NCBI GenBank assembly: GCA_965203275.1
Contig: OZ241865.1
Location: 512,001 to 576,000, forward strand
DNA: 64,000 nucleotides
From: Bdellovibrionales bacterium
GTDB taxonomy: Bacteria > Bdellovibrionota > Bdellovibrionia > Bdellovibrionales > JAUICD01
Direction: 5' to 3'
Positions within the stretch are counted from its first letter, which is position 1, and each line of letters starts with the position of its first letter. The translations under genes and the position numbers were made by a program. Positions 10,530-19,722 of this stretch are shown here, piece by piece. The notes under the pieces are model-generated. The model was not told where the DNA came from, made no database searches, and saw only the letters and a list, made by a program, of their open reading frames with translations.

Positions 10530-11276
10530 ATGAAAAATTTATTTTCAATAACTATTTTATTTTTAGCAGTTATTTTTATAGGTTGCAGTCAAGTCAACAA
10601 TGAGGTATGGAACAATACCCTTGCAGAATTTAAAAATCAAGTGACAACCCTTGTCAATACTATTGAAACAACACCCGATGAATACACTCCTACCAATATT
10701 GAAACTATTCGTTTATGGAGAGCCTCACATAATCAAGATGGTGATCTGCTTGCATTCTATATAGATATAAGGCTTGATGAAGAAGATATCACTCTGACCT
10801 ATAACATAAACAGGCAGGTGGAAATAGAAGGGACAAATATAACCCTCTTAGCCTCTGTAGAAGACCTTGAAACAAGCCCTGCTGATCTTTCACCTAAAAA
10901 TAAAATTCTTTTCATAGATAGAGCAAATGACACTAACAATAATGAAATAATGAGAGGTAATATTCAAGTGGTTGCACCTTCTCTTATTAATAGGCTACGT
11001 ACAGCTTGGATGGAAGGGGAGTCTATATCTGGTATACCAAACATAGGACAAACTGAGGCTATTTTCCTTTTACACTTTGAAAGTTTAGATACTTCTTTAA
11101 ATCAGTTTGATACAAGAGAAGAAATCCCTACTCAAATGAGATATGCGGTGAACCTCATTCGCAGAGACAATAATAATTGGACTATAGAGACTATAGAAGG
11201 TCAATCGGGATTATTTGACTCACCTAGAGAAGATATTTCTATCACTCCAAACCCAAATATTTTTCAAATAAAGTGA
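10530..11276 (+). CDS. Hypothetical lipoprotein
   Basis: 248 aa; lipobox FIGC. Confidence 0.75.
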   Translation: MKNLFSITILFLAVIFIGCSQVNNEVWNNTLAEFKNQVTTLVNTIETTPDEYTPTNIETIRLWRASHNQDGDLLAFYIDIRLDEEDITLTYNINRQVEIEGTNITLLASVEDLETSPADLSPKNKILFIDRANDTNNNEIMRGNIQVVAPSLINRLRTAWMEGESISGIPNIGQTEAIFLLHFESLDTSLNQFDTREEIPTQMRYAVNLIRRDNNNWTIETIEGQSGLFDSPREDISITPNPNIFQIK

Positions 11277-11282
11277 CCGTTT

Positions 11283-11752
11283 TGTTTCACTCAAAGTGAA
11301 CTGACCTCTGGTCACTTTTGGACAATGACCGCAAAGGCTTTCGCCTTTGACAAAATGGTCATTGTCTCAAAAGCCTGTTCACTTTGAGTAGGGAGGATCT
11401 CCTCGTCTCTTGACCACATGTTAGGGAAACAGAGTTTTATTCGCAAACTGTTTGCTCCTGAGATAATAAAAGAAATTTTCCCTAACATGGTGTAAAGAAA
11501 TAAAAGGATCCTCCCTACTCAAAATGCATAGATTTTTGAGGCAATCAGCCTTTGATCGACGGCGGTAGCCGTCGGGCTGATTGTCCAAAAACATGCCAGA
11601 GGCATGATGCATTTTGAGTGAAATGTTAAGGAAAAAGTTCCTTCTTACGGCTTTTGGCTCTCGCCGTTGATCAAAGGCTAACTGCCTAGAAAATCCATTT
11701 ATTTTGAGTAGGGAAGGATCTCCTCATTTTTTAACACAATGTTAAGGAAACA
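11283..11752. repeat. Repeat cluster 2: forward unit 11283-11431, reverse unit 11477-11623, half unit to 11752
   Basis: Nested inverted repeats and shared terminal motifs TGTTTCACTCAAA / TGTTAGGGAAACA. Confidence 0.92.
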
Positions 11753-11797
11753 AGGTTTTCGCTTCACTCCTGCCCGTTTGCCTGATGCCGGGTTGCC

Positions 11798-12018
11798 GGA
11801 TCCCAGATCCCGGATCCCGGATCCCAGATCCCGGATCCCGGATCCCAGATCCCAGATCCCGGATCCCAGATCCCAGATCCCAGATCCCGGATCCCGGATC
11901 CCGGATCCCAGATCCCGGATCCCGGATCCCGGATCCCGGATCCCAGATCCCGGATCCCAGATCCCGGATCCCGGATCCCAGATCCCAGATCCCAGATCCC
12001 GGATCCCAGATCCCAGAT
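11798..12018 (+). repeat. Heptamer tandem array (GATCCC[A/G]) of about 31 units
   Basis: Directly visible. Confidence 0.97.
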
Positions 12019-12149
12019 GAATACACCTTTATTGTGTGAAGAAAAAAGTTTCTACCTATCCATAGTATAATTGTTGATTTTTTTAAAAATTTAAAGAATA
12101 CTCATAACATAAAAGTATCAAAGTCGAGAAGGCCAAAAGAGAGAAATAT

Positions 12150-14129
12150 ATGACAAAATTTTATTTATCCAATCCAGAGGAAGAAGTTAAACAACTGACC
12201 CACAAATATAAATTTTTATATTTAATTCTTGGTCTTGTATTTGGTGTTTTTGTTTGTCGTCTTTGGTATTTACAAGTTTTCCAAGGTCAAAGCTTACGGC
12301 TATGGTCTGAAAGGAATCATATCAAATTGCAAAAGCTACCTGCTCCTAGAGGGATGATTTTAGATCGCATGGGTAAAATTATAGTTGATAATCGCCCTGG
12401 CTTTGATGCAGTGATCACACCTCAATATGTTCAAAATTTAGAACTTACAGCCCAAGAAGTTGCTAAAGTTTTAAACTTGAAGGCCTCTGACATTGTTCAA
12501 AAGTTAAATACTTCTAGCAAAAAAGAAGGTGCTTTCAAAGGTGTTGTCATCAAAGAAGATCTCAATAGAGATGAAGTAGCTCGCATTGAAAGAATGAAAA
12601 AACATTATACAGGTTTGAAAGTTGAGGTACGTATTAAACGTACCTATTTAATGAATGATAATGGAGCTCAGCTTTTTGGTTATGTAGGTGAAGTCACTAA
12701 AGAGCAAATTAAACAAGAAAATCAAAAACAAGATGTTTCACAAATTCAACAGGGTGATACCATTGGTCGCAGTGGAATAGAGTCTGACTTTGATGATTAT
12801 TTGAGAGGTCAAAATGGCATGACCTTTGTACAAGTTGATGTATCTGGTAGAGAGTTCAAGTCGATAGAAATCCCTCAAGTGATTAGTCTCATTGATTCTA
12901 TTGAGAATCCTCAACCAGGACATACATTGATTCTTACACTGGATCAACGTATTCAAGAGGTTGCTTATAAGGCATTTGCTAAGACAGGACGTATAGGTTC
13001 TGTTGTGGTTCTTGAAAATAAAACAGGCAAAGTGTTAGCATGGGTCAATTCTCCAAGCTTTGATCCAGCACTTTTTTGGCCAAAGATAAAATCAAAAGAT
13101 TGGAAATCTCTTATCAACGACCCTTTGGAACCTCTAAGAAATAAGGCCATTCAAGATCATCATCCGCCAGGCTCCACTTTTAAAGCTATTATAGCACTAG
13201 CTGCTTTGCAAGAAGGAATAACTTCAAATCAAAAGTATACTTGCCGTGGAAAATTTCAGTTAGGACTGCGTCCTTTTTATTGTGCCAGTCGGCATGGACA
13301 TGGAACATTAAACTTAGTTGAAGCTATTGAGCGATCTTGTAATGTTTATTTTTATAATTTAGGTAAAGAGTTAGGGATTGAAAAGATGGCTCGTTATGCC
13401 CGCTCTTTAGGTGTAGGAAAGAAAACAGGCATAGAGATTAAAGGGGAAGTGGCAGGATTGATGCCAGATACCATTTGGAAAGAAAGAATCCAAAAACAAC
13501 CATGGCAACTAGGAGAGACCTTAAATGTAGCTATTGGACATGGATCTGTTTTAACTTCTCCACTTCAGATGGTCACTATTTTTGCAGGTATTGCTAATGC
13601 GGGTCCTGTTTATAAACCTTACTTAATAGATAAAATTTTAAACAAAGAAGGCCAAGCAATTAAAGAAATGAAACCTTTACTCCTACGTGATCCATCAAGA
13701 GGTTTTAATACAGAATTGACCATTGCAAAAAAGAATTATCGCACAGTTCAGGAAGGGCTTTTTTCAGTCATACATGGTCAAAATGGAACTGCCAGATGGT
13801 ATAAAGTGCCAGGAGTAAAAGCAGCTGGCAAATCAGGAACTGTACAGATAAAGAAAATGAGTGCCAATGAACTTTTTAGTCGCTGTGAAGACATGCCAGT
13901 TTTACAAAGACATCATGGTTGGTTTGTTGGTTATGCTCCATTTGATCAGCCAGAAATTACAGTAGCTGTTTTTGCACAAAATTCTTGTTCTGGCTCAAAG
14001 GGAGCAGCTCCTGTCTTTCGAGATATTATCAAGGCTTATTTCCAGGAAGAAGAACCATCATCAAAACAAGCATCTGTGCCATCATCATTGCGATATGGTC
14101 TTGATCAGAATGAAGATTTGACTTTGTAA
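12150..14129 (+). CDS. mrdA: Penicillin-binding protein 2
   Basis: N-terminal TM; APRGMILDR; GSTFK (SxxK); SCN; KSG. Confidence 0.93.
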   Translation: MTKFYLSNPEEEVKQLTHKYKFLYLILGLVFGVFVCRLWYLQVFQGQSLRLWSERNHIKLQKLPAPRGMILDRMGKIIVDNRPGFDAVITPQYVQNLELTAQEVAKVLNLKASDIVQKLNTSSKKEGAFKGVVIKEDLNRDEVARIERMKKHYTGLKVEVRIKRTYLMNDNGAQLFGYVGEVTKEQIKQENQKQDVSQIQQGDTIGRSGIESDFDDYLRGQNGMTFVQVDVSGREFKSIEIPQVISLIDSIENPQPGHTLILTLDQRIQEVAYKAFAKTGRIGSVVVLENKTGKVLAWVNSPSFDPALFWPKIKSKDWKSLINDPLEPLRNKAIQDHHPPGSTFKAIIALAALQEGITSNQKYTCRGKFQLGLRPFYCASRHGHGTLNLVEAIERSCNVYFYNLGKELGIEKMARYARSLGVGKKTGIEIKGEVAGLMPDTIWKERIQKQPWQLGETLNVAIGHGSVLTSPLQMVTIFAGIANAGPVYKPYLIDKILNKEGQAIKEMKPLLLRDPSRGFNTELTIAKKNYRTVQEGLFSVIHGQNGTARWYKVPGVKAAGKSGTVQIKKMSANELFSRCEDMPVLQRHHGWFVGYAPFDQPEITVAVFAQNSCSGSKGAAPVFRDIIKAYFQEEEPSSKQASVPSSLRYGLDQNEDLTL

Positions 14130-14173
14130 GGACCTTTTATTCATGTATAAAAAACATATATACCTGGGGAGAT

Positions 14174-14782
14174 ATGGATATTCTTGTTGAAAGATTACAG
14201 AAAGCTTATAATCCTTTTGAGATAATGAAAGCATGGTGTCAGGATATTCATAAGCTCAATTTGATTGAACCTACTGCTATGACCTTGACCACTTGCAATC
14301 AAAAAGGTGTGCCTTCTAGTCGGATTGTGCTTTTAAAAGATATTTCAGAATCAGGGTTTACCTTTTATACCAATTACCAAAGTCTTAAAGCTTGTGATAT
14401 TCAAGAAAATCCTTATGTAGCTATCCTTATTTATTTTGATCAGATTCAAAGACAAATACGCATCCAAGGGCAAGCTAAAAAAGTTTCTGCAAAAAAATCT
14501 GATGAATATTTTGCCTCTCGCCCTTATCAAAGCCAAATAGGAGCATGGGCCTCTCAACAAAGCCAAGAAATAACTCACAGAGATCAGCTTTCAAAGCAAA
14601 TAAAATATTTTCAAAATAAATATCCTCACAGCGTTCCAAGGCCACCTCATTGGGGAGGATTTCTAGTACGTCCTTTTTACTTTGAATTTTGGATTGCAGG
14701 AGAATATCGCTTGCACCATCGCTTTGTCTTTGAACTCAAACAAGATGAAAATATATGGCAAAAAAAAATCCTCTCACCTTAA
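14174..14782 (+). CDS. pdxH: Pyridoxamine 5'-phosphate oxidase
   Basis: PSSRIVLLK, FYTNYQS, SQIGAWAS, PPHWGG, RLHHR. Confidence 0.96.
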   Translation: MDILVERLQKAYNPFEIMKAWCQDIHKLNLIEPTAMTLTTCNQKGVPSSRIVLLKDISESGFTFYTNYQSLKACDIQENPYVAILIYFDQIQRQIRIQGQAKKVSAKKSDEYFASRPYQSQIGAWASQQSQEITHRDQLSKQIKYFQNKYPHSVPRPPHWGGFLVRPFYFEFWIAGEYRLHHRFVFELKQDENIWQKKILSP

Positions 14783-15087
14783 CACACAACAATATTGATC
14801 CATACACTAAAAGCATGAAAAAATGTACACATCAGCACATCTACCTTTGCAATTAAAAACCTCTATAAAAATTTTATTTTAATCTTTCAAAACAGTAGGC
14901 ATTCTAAGTACATCTGCTAAGGAAGCTATCAAGCTTTAATGCGACCAGCCTCCATATAAAAAAGGACTTAAGTCTAAAATAGATTATGCAAAATACTTAT
15001 ACAAGGTCAATTATAACCTTGATTCAAACCTTGAATTAAAGTCATAATATATAAGGTCAATATAAAAATCTCACGCATCTATTAGTT

Positions 15088-15131
15088 AGTATTTACAAAT
15101 GTAGTATCTACAAATGTAGTATTTACAAATG
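15088..15131 (+). repeat. Three tandem 15-mers AGTAT[T/C]TACAAATGT upstream of the PP2C gene
   Basis: Directly visible. Confidence 0.8.
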
Positions 15132-15149
15132 ACATTGTAAGGCAAATTT

Positions 15150-17777
15150 ATGACCTCTCATAAACTTAAGAATAATTTATTAATTATATGTTCTTCCTTA
15201 TTGATTTTGATCATTATTTCATCTGTTATTTTTTTCCAGATTCTTCAAAGTGATCATCAAATCATAGACTTTGAAGATCGTCGATATCGATTTAGCATTC
15301 TTTCAGATGAACTACGTCAAACTATTGACGATCTCACTCGCATGTCTAGATTATATGTAGTGACAAGAGATACCAAATACAGAGAATATTTTCAAACTAT
15401 TTTAGATATCAAAGATGGCATACGTCCTCGTCCTGAAGATTACCACAATATCTATTGGGACTTCTATGTCGCTACAGGAGAGCCTCCACGCAAAAACAGC
15501 CATCCTATAGATTTACAAACACTTATCCAGCAAGAAAGTTTGACCCAAAAAGAAATGTTTTTTTTTCAAGAAGCTGAAGTAGCTACCAAAAACCTTATCC
15601 AATTACAAGAACAAGCTATGAATATTATGATAGGATTTGTGGCCACCGATGATGATGGAAGATACACTTTAAACATTGCTGATCCTGTTAAAGCAAGACA
15701 AATCCTCCATGGGGATGAATACAATCAAATCAAACAAAAAGCTATGCACTTTTTAAATACCTTTTTTGAGTTGGTCAATACTCGCTTCTCAGATACACTC
15801 AACAAACATAAAACAACCAGAAAAAAACTTTATACATCTTTAACGATCACCCTGGGTGTTATATTTTGCCTTGTTATTATATCTTTCTTATTAATTATTT
15901 TTTCTCCACAATTACAGCAAATCCAAAGAGTCACTCAACATAAATTGCCTATTTCTAGATTTTTCAGTACTTATTTTTTTAGACACTGGCCCTTAATTGC
16001 AGGGGCAACCGTGACTATCTTATTAACTGTAAGTATTTCTTGGTGGAGTTTTAATCAAAATAGAATATTGATCTATGATAATTTAAATAGTCATTTAGAT
16101 CAAATCCTTCAAGCAGGACATAACACAGTACTCGACTGGATTAACAGGACAAAAATAGAAGCTTCATTTATCGCGAATGAAATATCTTATCATGTTTCTG
16201 AAGAAGATTTTCAAAATACTCAAGGAGATACATCAAATAAATTTCAGGAAGAATTTTCCGCCTCCCGTATTTTAGAATCAGAAATATCTGAAAAATATAT
16301 CATAACAAATGCAGGAGGTTTTATAGTAGCTAGTGATGATGAATCTCTTATAGGTAAACTTTTTCAAATACCTTCGTTCATGCAAAGGCAAATCAATCAC
16401 GCTCCCTATCAGACTGTTTATTTTGTATCTCAAGATGATACATTGGCATCTCTTTTACCTACCAAAACCATTATTTTTGGCACTCGCATCTCAGAAGAAA
16501 AAGGAGCTGTTTATCTTTTACTTGATGGTGAGGAAATATTAAGTCGATTGCTTAAAAGACACTTTTTTTACAACACAGATGAAATATATATAGCCAATAC
16601 AAAGGGTGAATTTATCAGTCAAAGCCGATGGATGGATGAACTCCTTCAAAGAGGTTTTATCTTAGGAGATAGTATAACAGGCTTAAAAATCAGTAGTGAT
16701 CCTCTTGATGATCAGTCTATTCTTTCTTTATCAGCTCAAGATGTTATCGCAGGTCATAAAGGAGTTAATTTAAGTGGCTATCCTAATTATTTAAATGACA
16801 ATGTTGTAGGGCGATGGATGTGGGATCAAACATATCAATTTGGTGTGATTGCTGAATGGAATTTTCAGGAAGCTCTTGCCACATTTATCAGTTACAAACA
16901 AACAGCTAATCTACAAAATAGTTTTATTGTGCTTTTAATATTTGTATTGGCTTTATTTTTTATATGGAAAAATATAGAAGTAGATAAAACAAACTTAGAA
17001 CTCACTGGTGCTTACAAAACCATCACAAAGCAAAATAAAAAATACTTAAGTGATCTACAAATTGGTCAAAAAGTACAAATGGACATGTTACCTGAGGTGA
17101 TCAAAGGGAATGGATTTGCTATTGATGCTCTTTTACAACCTGCTCAGGTTGTTTCTGGTGATTTTTATGATTTTGACTTTATAGATAAACAAGATAGAAA
17201 TAAAATTTATTTCACTATAGGTGATGTATCAGGTAAGGGTGTACCTGCTGCTTTGTTTATGTCTGTGACAAAAGCCTTTTTGCACAAAACATTAGATATT
17301 GTACATACATCACAGGATATTGTTAGCAATGTCAACAGAGAGCTTTCACATAACAATGAACGCTGTATGTTTGTGACTTTGATTGTAGGTATTATGGATG
17401 TACAAACAGGTATTGTACAAATTACAAATGCAGGCCATACAGCACCCTACATAAAAAAACGTACAGGCGAAGTGGTTTGTTTAAGTGAAAACCAAGGGCC
17501 ACTTGTAGGAACTTTTAAAGATGCTAAGTATGATGTGCAGTCTATTAAAATGTCTAAAGGAGATATTTTGTTGTTTTATACTGATGGAGTGACAGAAGCA
17601 CAAAATGAAAATAAGGAGTTTTATGAGGAATATCGTATGAGAGATTTTTTAGAACACAATACCTTTACATCTCCAAAATATCTTACAAAAGCTCTATCTC
17701 AGCATGTGACTTCATTTATTGGCTCATCTCAGCAATTTGATGATATCACTATTTTATCTCTTAGCTACTTAGGGTAA
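15150..17777 (+). CDS. Membrane-bound SpoIIE/RsbU-type PP2C phosphatase with extracytoplasmic sensor domains
   Basis: VSGDFYD, IGDVSGKGVPAALFM, TNAGH, FYTDGVTEA, QFDDIT; several TM segments. Confidence 0.92.
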   Translation: MTSHKLKNNLLIICSSLLILIIISSVIFFQILQSDHQIIDFEDRRYRFSILSDELRQTIDDLTRMSRLYVVTRDTKYREYFQTILDIKDGIRPRPEDYHNIYWDFYVATGEPPRKNSHPIDLQTLIQQESLTQKEMFFFQEAEVATKNLIQLQEQAMNIMIGFVATDDDGRYTLNIADPVKARQILHGDEYNQIKQKAMHFLNTFFELVNTRFSDTLNKHKTTRKKLYTSLTITLGVIFCLVIISFLLIIFSPQLQQIQRVTQHKLPISRFFSTYFFRHWPLIAGATVTILLTVSISWWSFNQNRILIYDNLNSHLDQILQAGHNTVLDWINRTKIEASFIANEISYHVSEEDFQNTQGDTSNKFQEEFSASRILESEISEKYIITNAGGFIVASDDESLIGKLFQIPSFMQRQINHAPYQTVYFVSQDDTLASLLPTKTIIFGTRISEEKGAVYLLLDGEEILSRLLKRHFFYNTDEIYIANTKGEFISQSRWMDELLQRGFILGDSITGLKISSDPLDDQSILSLSAQDVIAGHKGVNLSGYPNYLNDNVVGRWMWDQTYQFGVIAEWNFQEALATFISYKQTANLQNSFIVLLIFVLALFFIWKNIEVDKTNLELTGAYKTITKQNKKYLSDLQIGQKVQMDMLPEVIKGNGFAIDALLQPAQVVSGDFYDFDFIDKQDRNKIYFTIGDVSGKGVPAALFMSVTKAFLHKTLDIVHTSQDIVSNVNRELSHNNERCMFVTLIVGIMDVQTGIVQITNAGHTAPYIKKRTGEVVCLSENQGPLVGTFKDAKYDVQSIKMSKGDILLFYTDGVTEAQNENKEFYEEYRMRDFLEHNTFTSPKYLTKALSQHVTSFIGSSQQFDDITILSLSYLG

Positions 17778-17814
17778 GATGGGGCAGTGACAAGATGTCC
17801 AGTCAGGTCGTTGC

Positions 17815-18846
17815 ATTTCACTAAAAATAAACCAGCCTCTGGCTACTTTCTGGTTGCCAGCCGAAGGCTTTCGCCTTCTTAAATGCTGGCAACCTAGAAA
17901 GCTTGACCACTTTTAGTGAAACAAACTCCCTAACCCCACCCACCGCCCTTCGATTCTGCTTTTCTATTTGTATGTTTTTTATGAGTGGAATGCGGGTGCA
18001 GGCTTCCGAAGTCCTCAACCTTCGCTTGCTTTTGGGGAGCAAGCGGGCCTGCGGAAGATCTTCAGCCTGCCCCCGCCTCCCACTCATAATATTCTTCATT
18101 TTTTTGAAAGTTATGCAGAATCTAAAAAAATATAAAAAAACAAAAAAACGAAATCTTGTTTCCTTAATATTTCACTCAAAATGCATCATGCCTCTGGCAT
18201 GTTTTTGGGCGTTTGTCTCACTAAAAATAAACCAGCCTCTGGCTGTTTTTGGGCATTGGCTCACTAAAAGTGGTCTAGCCTCTGGCTACTTTCTGGCAAT
18301 GACCGCAATGGCTTTCGCCATTGGCAAAATGGTCATTGCCTAGAAAGCTTGACCACTTTTAGTAGGGAGGATCCCTTCGTCCCTTAACTCCATGTTAAGG
18401 AAAAAGTTCTTTCTTACACCTTTTGGCTCTCGCCGTCGATCAAAGGCTGATTGCCTCAAAAATCCGTTTATTTTTAGTAAGGAGGATCTCCTCTTTTCTT
18501 AACACCATGTTAAGGAAACAAGCTATTTATTTCACTTTTTTCGCCGTTGACAAAATAGTCATTGCCTCAAAAATCTATGCATTTTGAGTAGGGAGGATCC
18601 TTTTATTCCTTTACACCATGTTAGGGAAAATTTCTTTTATTACCTCAAGAGCAAGCGGGCTTACAAATGAAACTCTGTTTCCTTAACATGTAGTAAAAAA
18701 ACGAAGGGTTCCTCCCTACTAAAAGTAAACGGACTTTTGAGGCATTGCTCTTTTTAGACAGCGTAAGCTGTCAGAGCAATGTCCAAAAGTAGCCAGAGGC
18801 TAGTTTACTTTTAGTGAACCAGAGGTGTGGCTCATTTTGAGTGAAA
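17815..18846. repeat. Repeat cluster 3: structured units, linker module B (17922-18165) and module C
   Basis: Same motifs as cluster 2. Confidence 0.9.
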
Positions 18847-18940
18847 AAAATACACAGTCCATGTAAAATTTTCAATCCACATTTCAGTCTATATTACTTA
18901 AAAATAACTTGAAAGTACTATAAAAATAGACTTATTATAT

Positions 18941-18957
18941 TTGGCATTCATATTGCT
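18941..18957 (+). promoter_or_regulatory. sigma54 -24/-12 promoter
   Basis: TTGGCATTCATATTGCT. Confidence 0.7.
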
Positions 18958-19077
18958 AATGATCTTCTATGATAATGTAAATGAATTTTAACTTTTGCAT
19001 GCATCTTTCGCATCAGCATCATTCAATCATTCATTTATTAAATATCATTCATTAAAAATTAAGAAAGGAGAATCATA

Positions 19078-19698
19078 ATGAAAAATACATATCTCAAATT
19101 AATGGCTTTTGTTTTTATTGGATTTTTATCTTCAAACCATGCCTTAGCTTATTGCCCTTTTAATGGCTGTGAAGATTTGCCTGTTGAGGAATTCAATATC
19201 AACATCAATGATCTAACTCAAGAAGAACATGATATGTTAATTGAAACATTAGAAGCTCATACTTCAGATTCATTCGACCTCACAGAACCTTTAATGCTAG
19301 GATCTATTCATTCTATTAATGTTAAACTATTTAGCAAAAGAAGTGTGAGAGATGCTTTAATTCATATAAAATTCTTGAATGGTAATAAAATATCAGTTAT
19401 AAAGTTAAATGCAGATATTCCTAATGATCATTCAATTAAATTTAAATCTAAATTAATGCAAGCTTTAATAAAACATCGAGTCACTTCTCCTCACTCTTCT
19501 TATGCAAAGTTTGTGACAGTTCTTCAAATAGTAGGTGCTAGAAGGGTTAGATTTGTTCATGGTGTCTTTCGTAGCCTCATTCTTCCTTTATTGGCTACAG
19601 GTTCTATTTACAGTGTCGCAGAAGAATTTTCAGAAGAAGAAAATAATAATCCAGCTATCAATGATCAAATAATTCTTGATGAATTAGATATGCAATAA
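19078..19698 (+). CDS. Secreted hypothetical protein
   Basis: RBS AAGGAG; signal peptide ending ALA. Confidence 0.7.
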   Translation: MKNTYLKLMAFVFIGFLSSNHALAYCPFNGCEDLPVEEFNININDLTQEEHDMLIETLEAHTSDSFDLTEPLMLGSIHSINVKLFSKRSVRDALIHIKFLNGNKISVIKLNADIPNDHSIKFKSKLMQALIKHRVTSPHSSYAKFVTVLQIVGARRVRFVHGVFRSLILPLLATGSIYSVAEEFSEEENNNPAINDQIILDELDMQ

Positions 19699-19722
19699 CC
19701 TCTCCGGCGTTTGTCATCAAAA

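Noticed and set aside
11405..11431. Integron attC or Xer dif site (TTAAC..GTTA[AG]GG, ATGTTAA)
   Set aside because: AAC and GTT are only ~5 nt apart, there is no cassette organisation or integrase, no XerC arm, and far too many copies for dif
10071..12039. ORFs with GSGIRDP / SRIPDP repeats, and other short ORFs in clusters (17821, 17903, 25962, 35174, 35302, 41264, 46534, 46661, 54711, 55159, 55426, 55649, 56809, 56948)
   Set aside because: Translations of heptamer arrays and repeat units; open in several frames, no RBS, and the same peptides recur at each cluster
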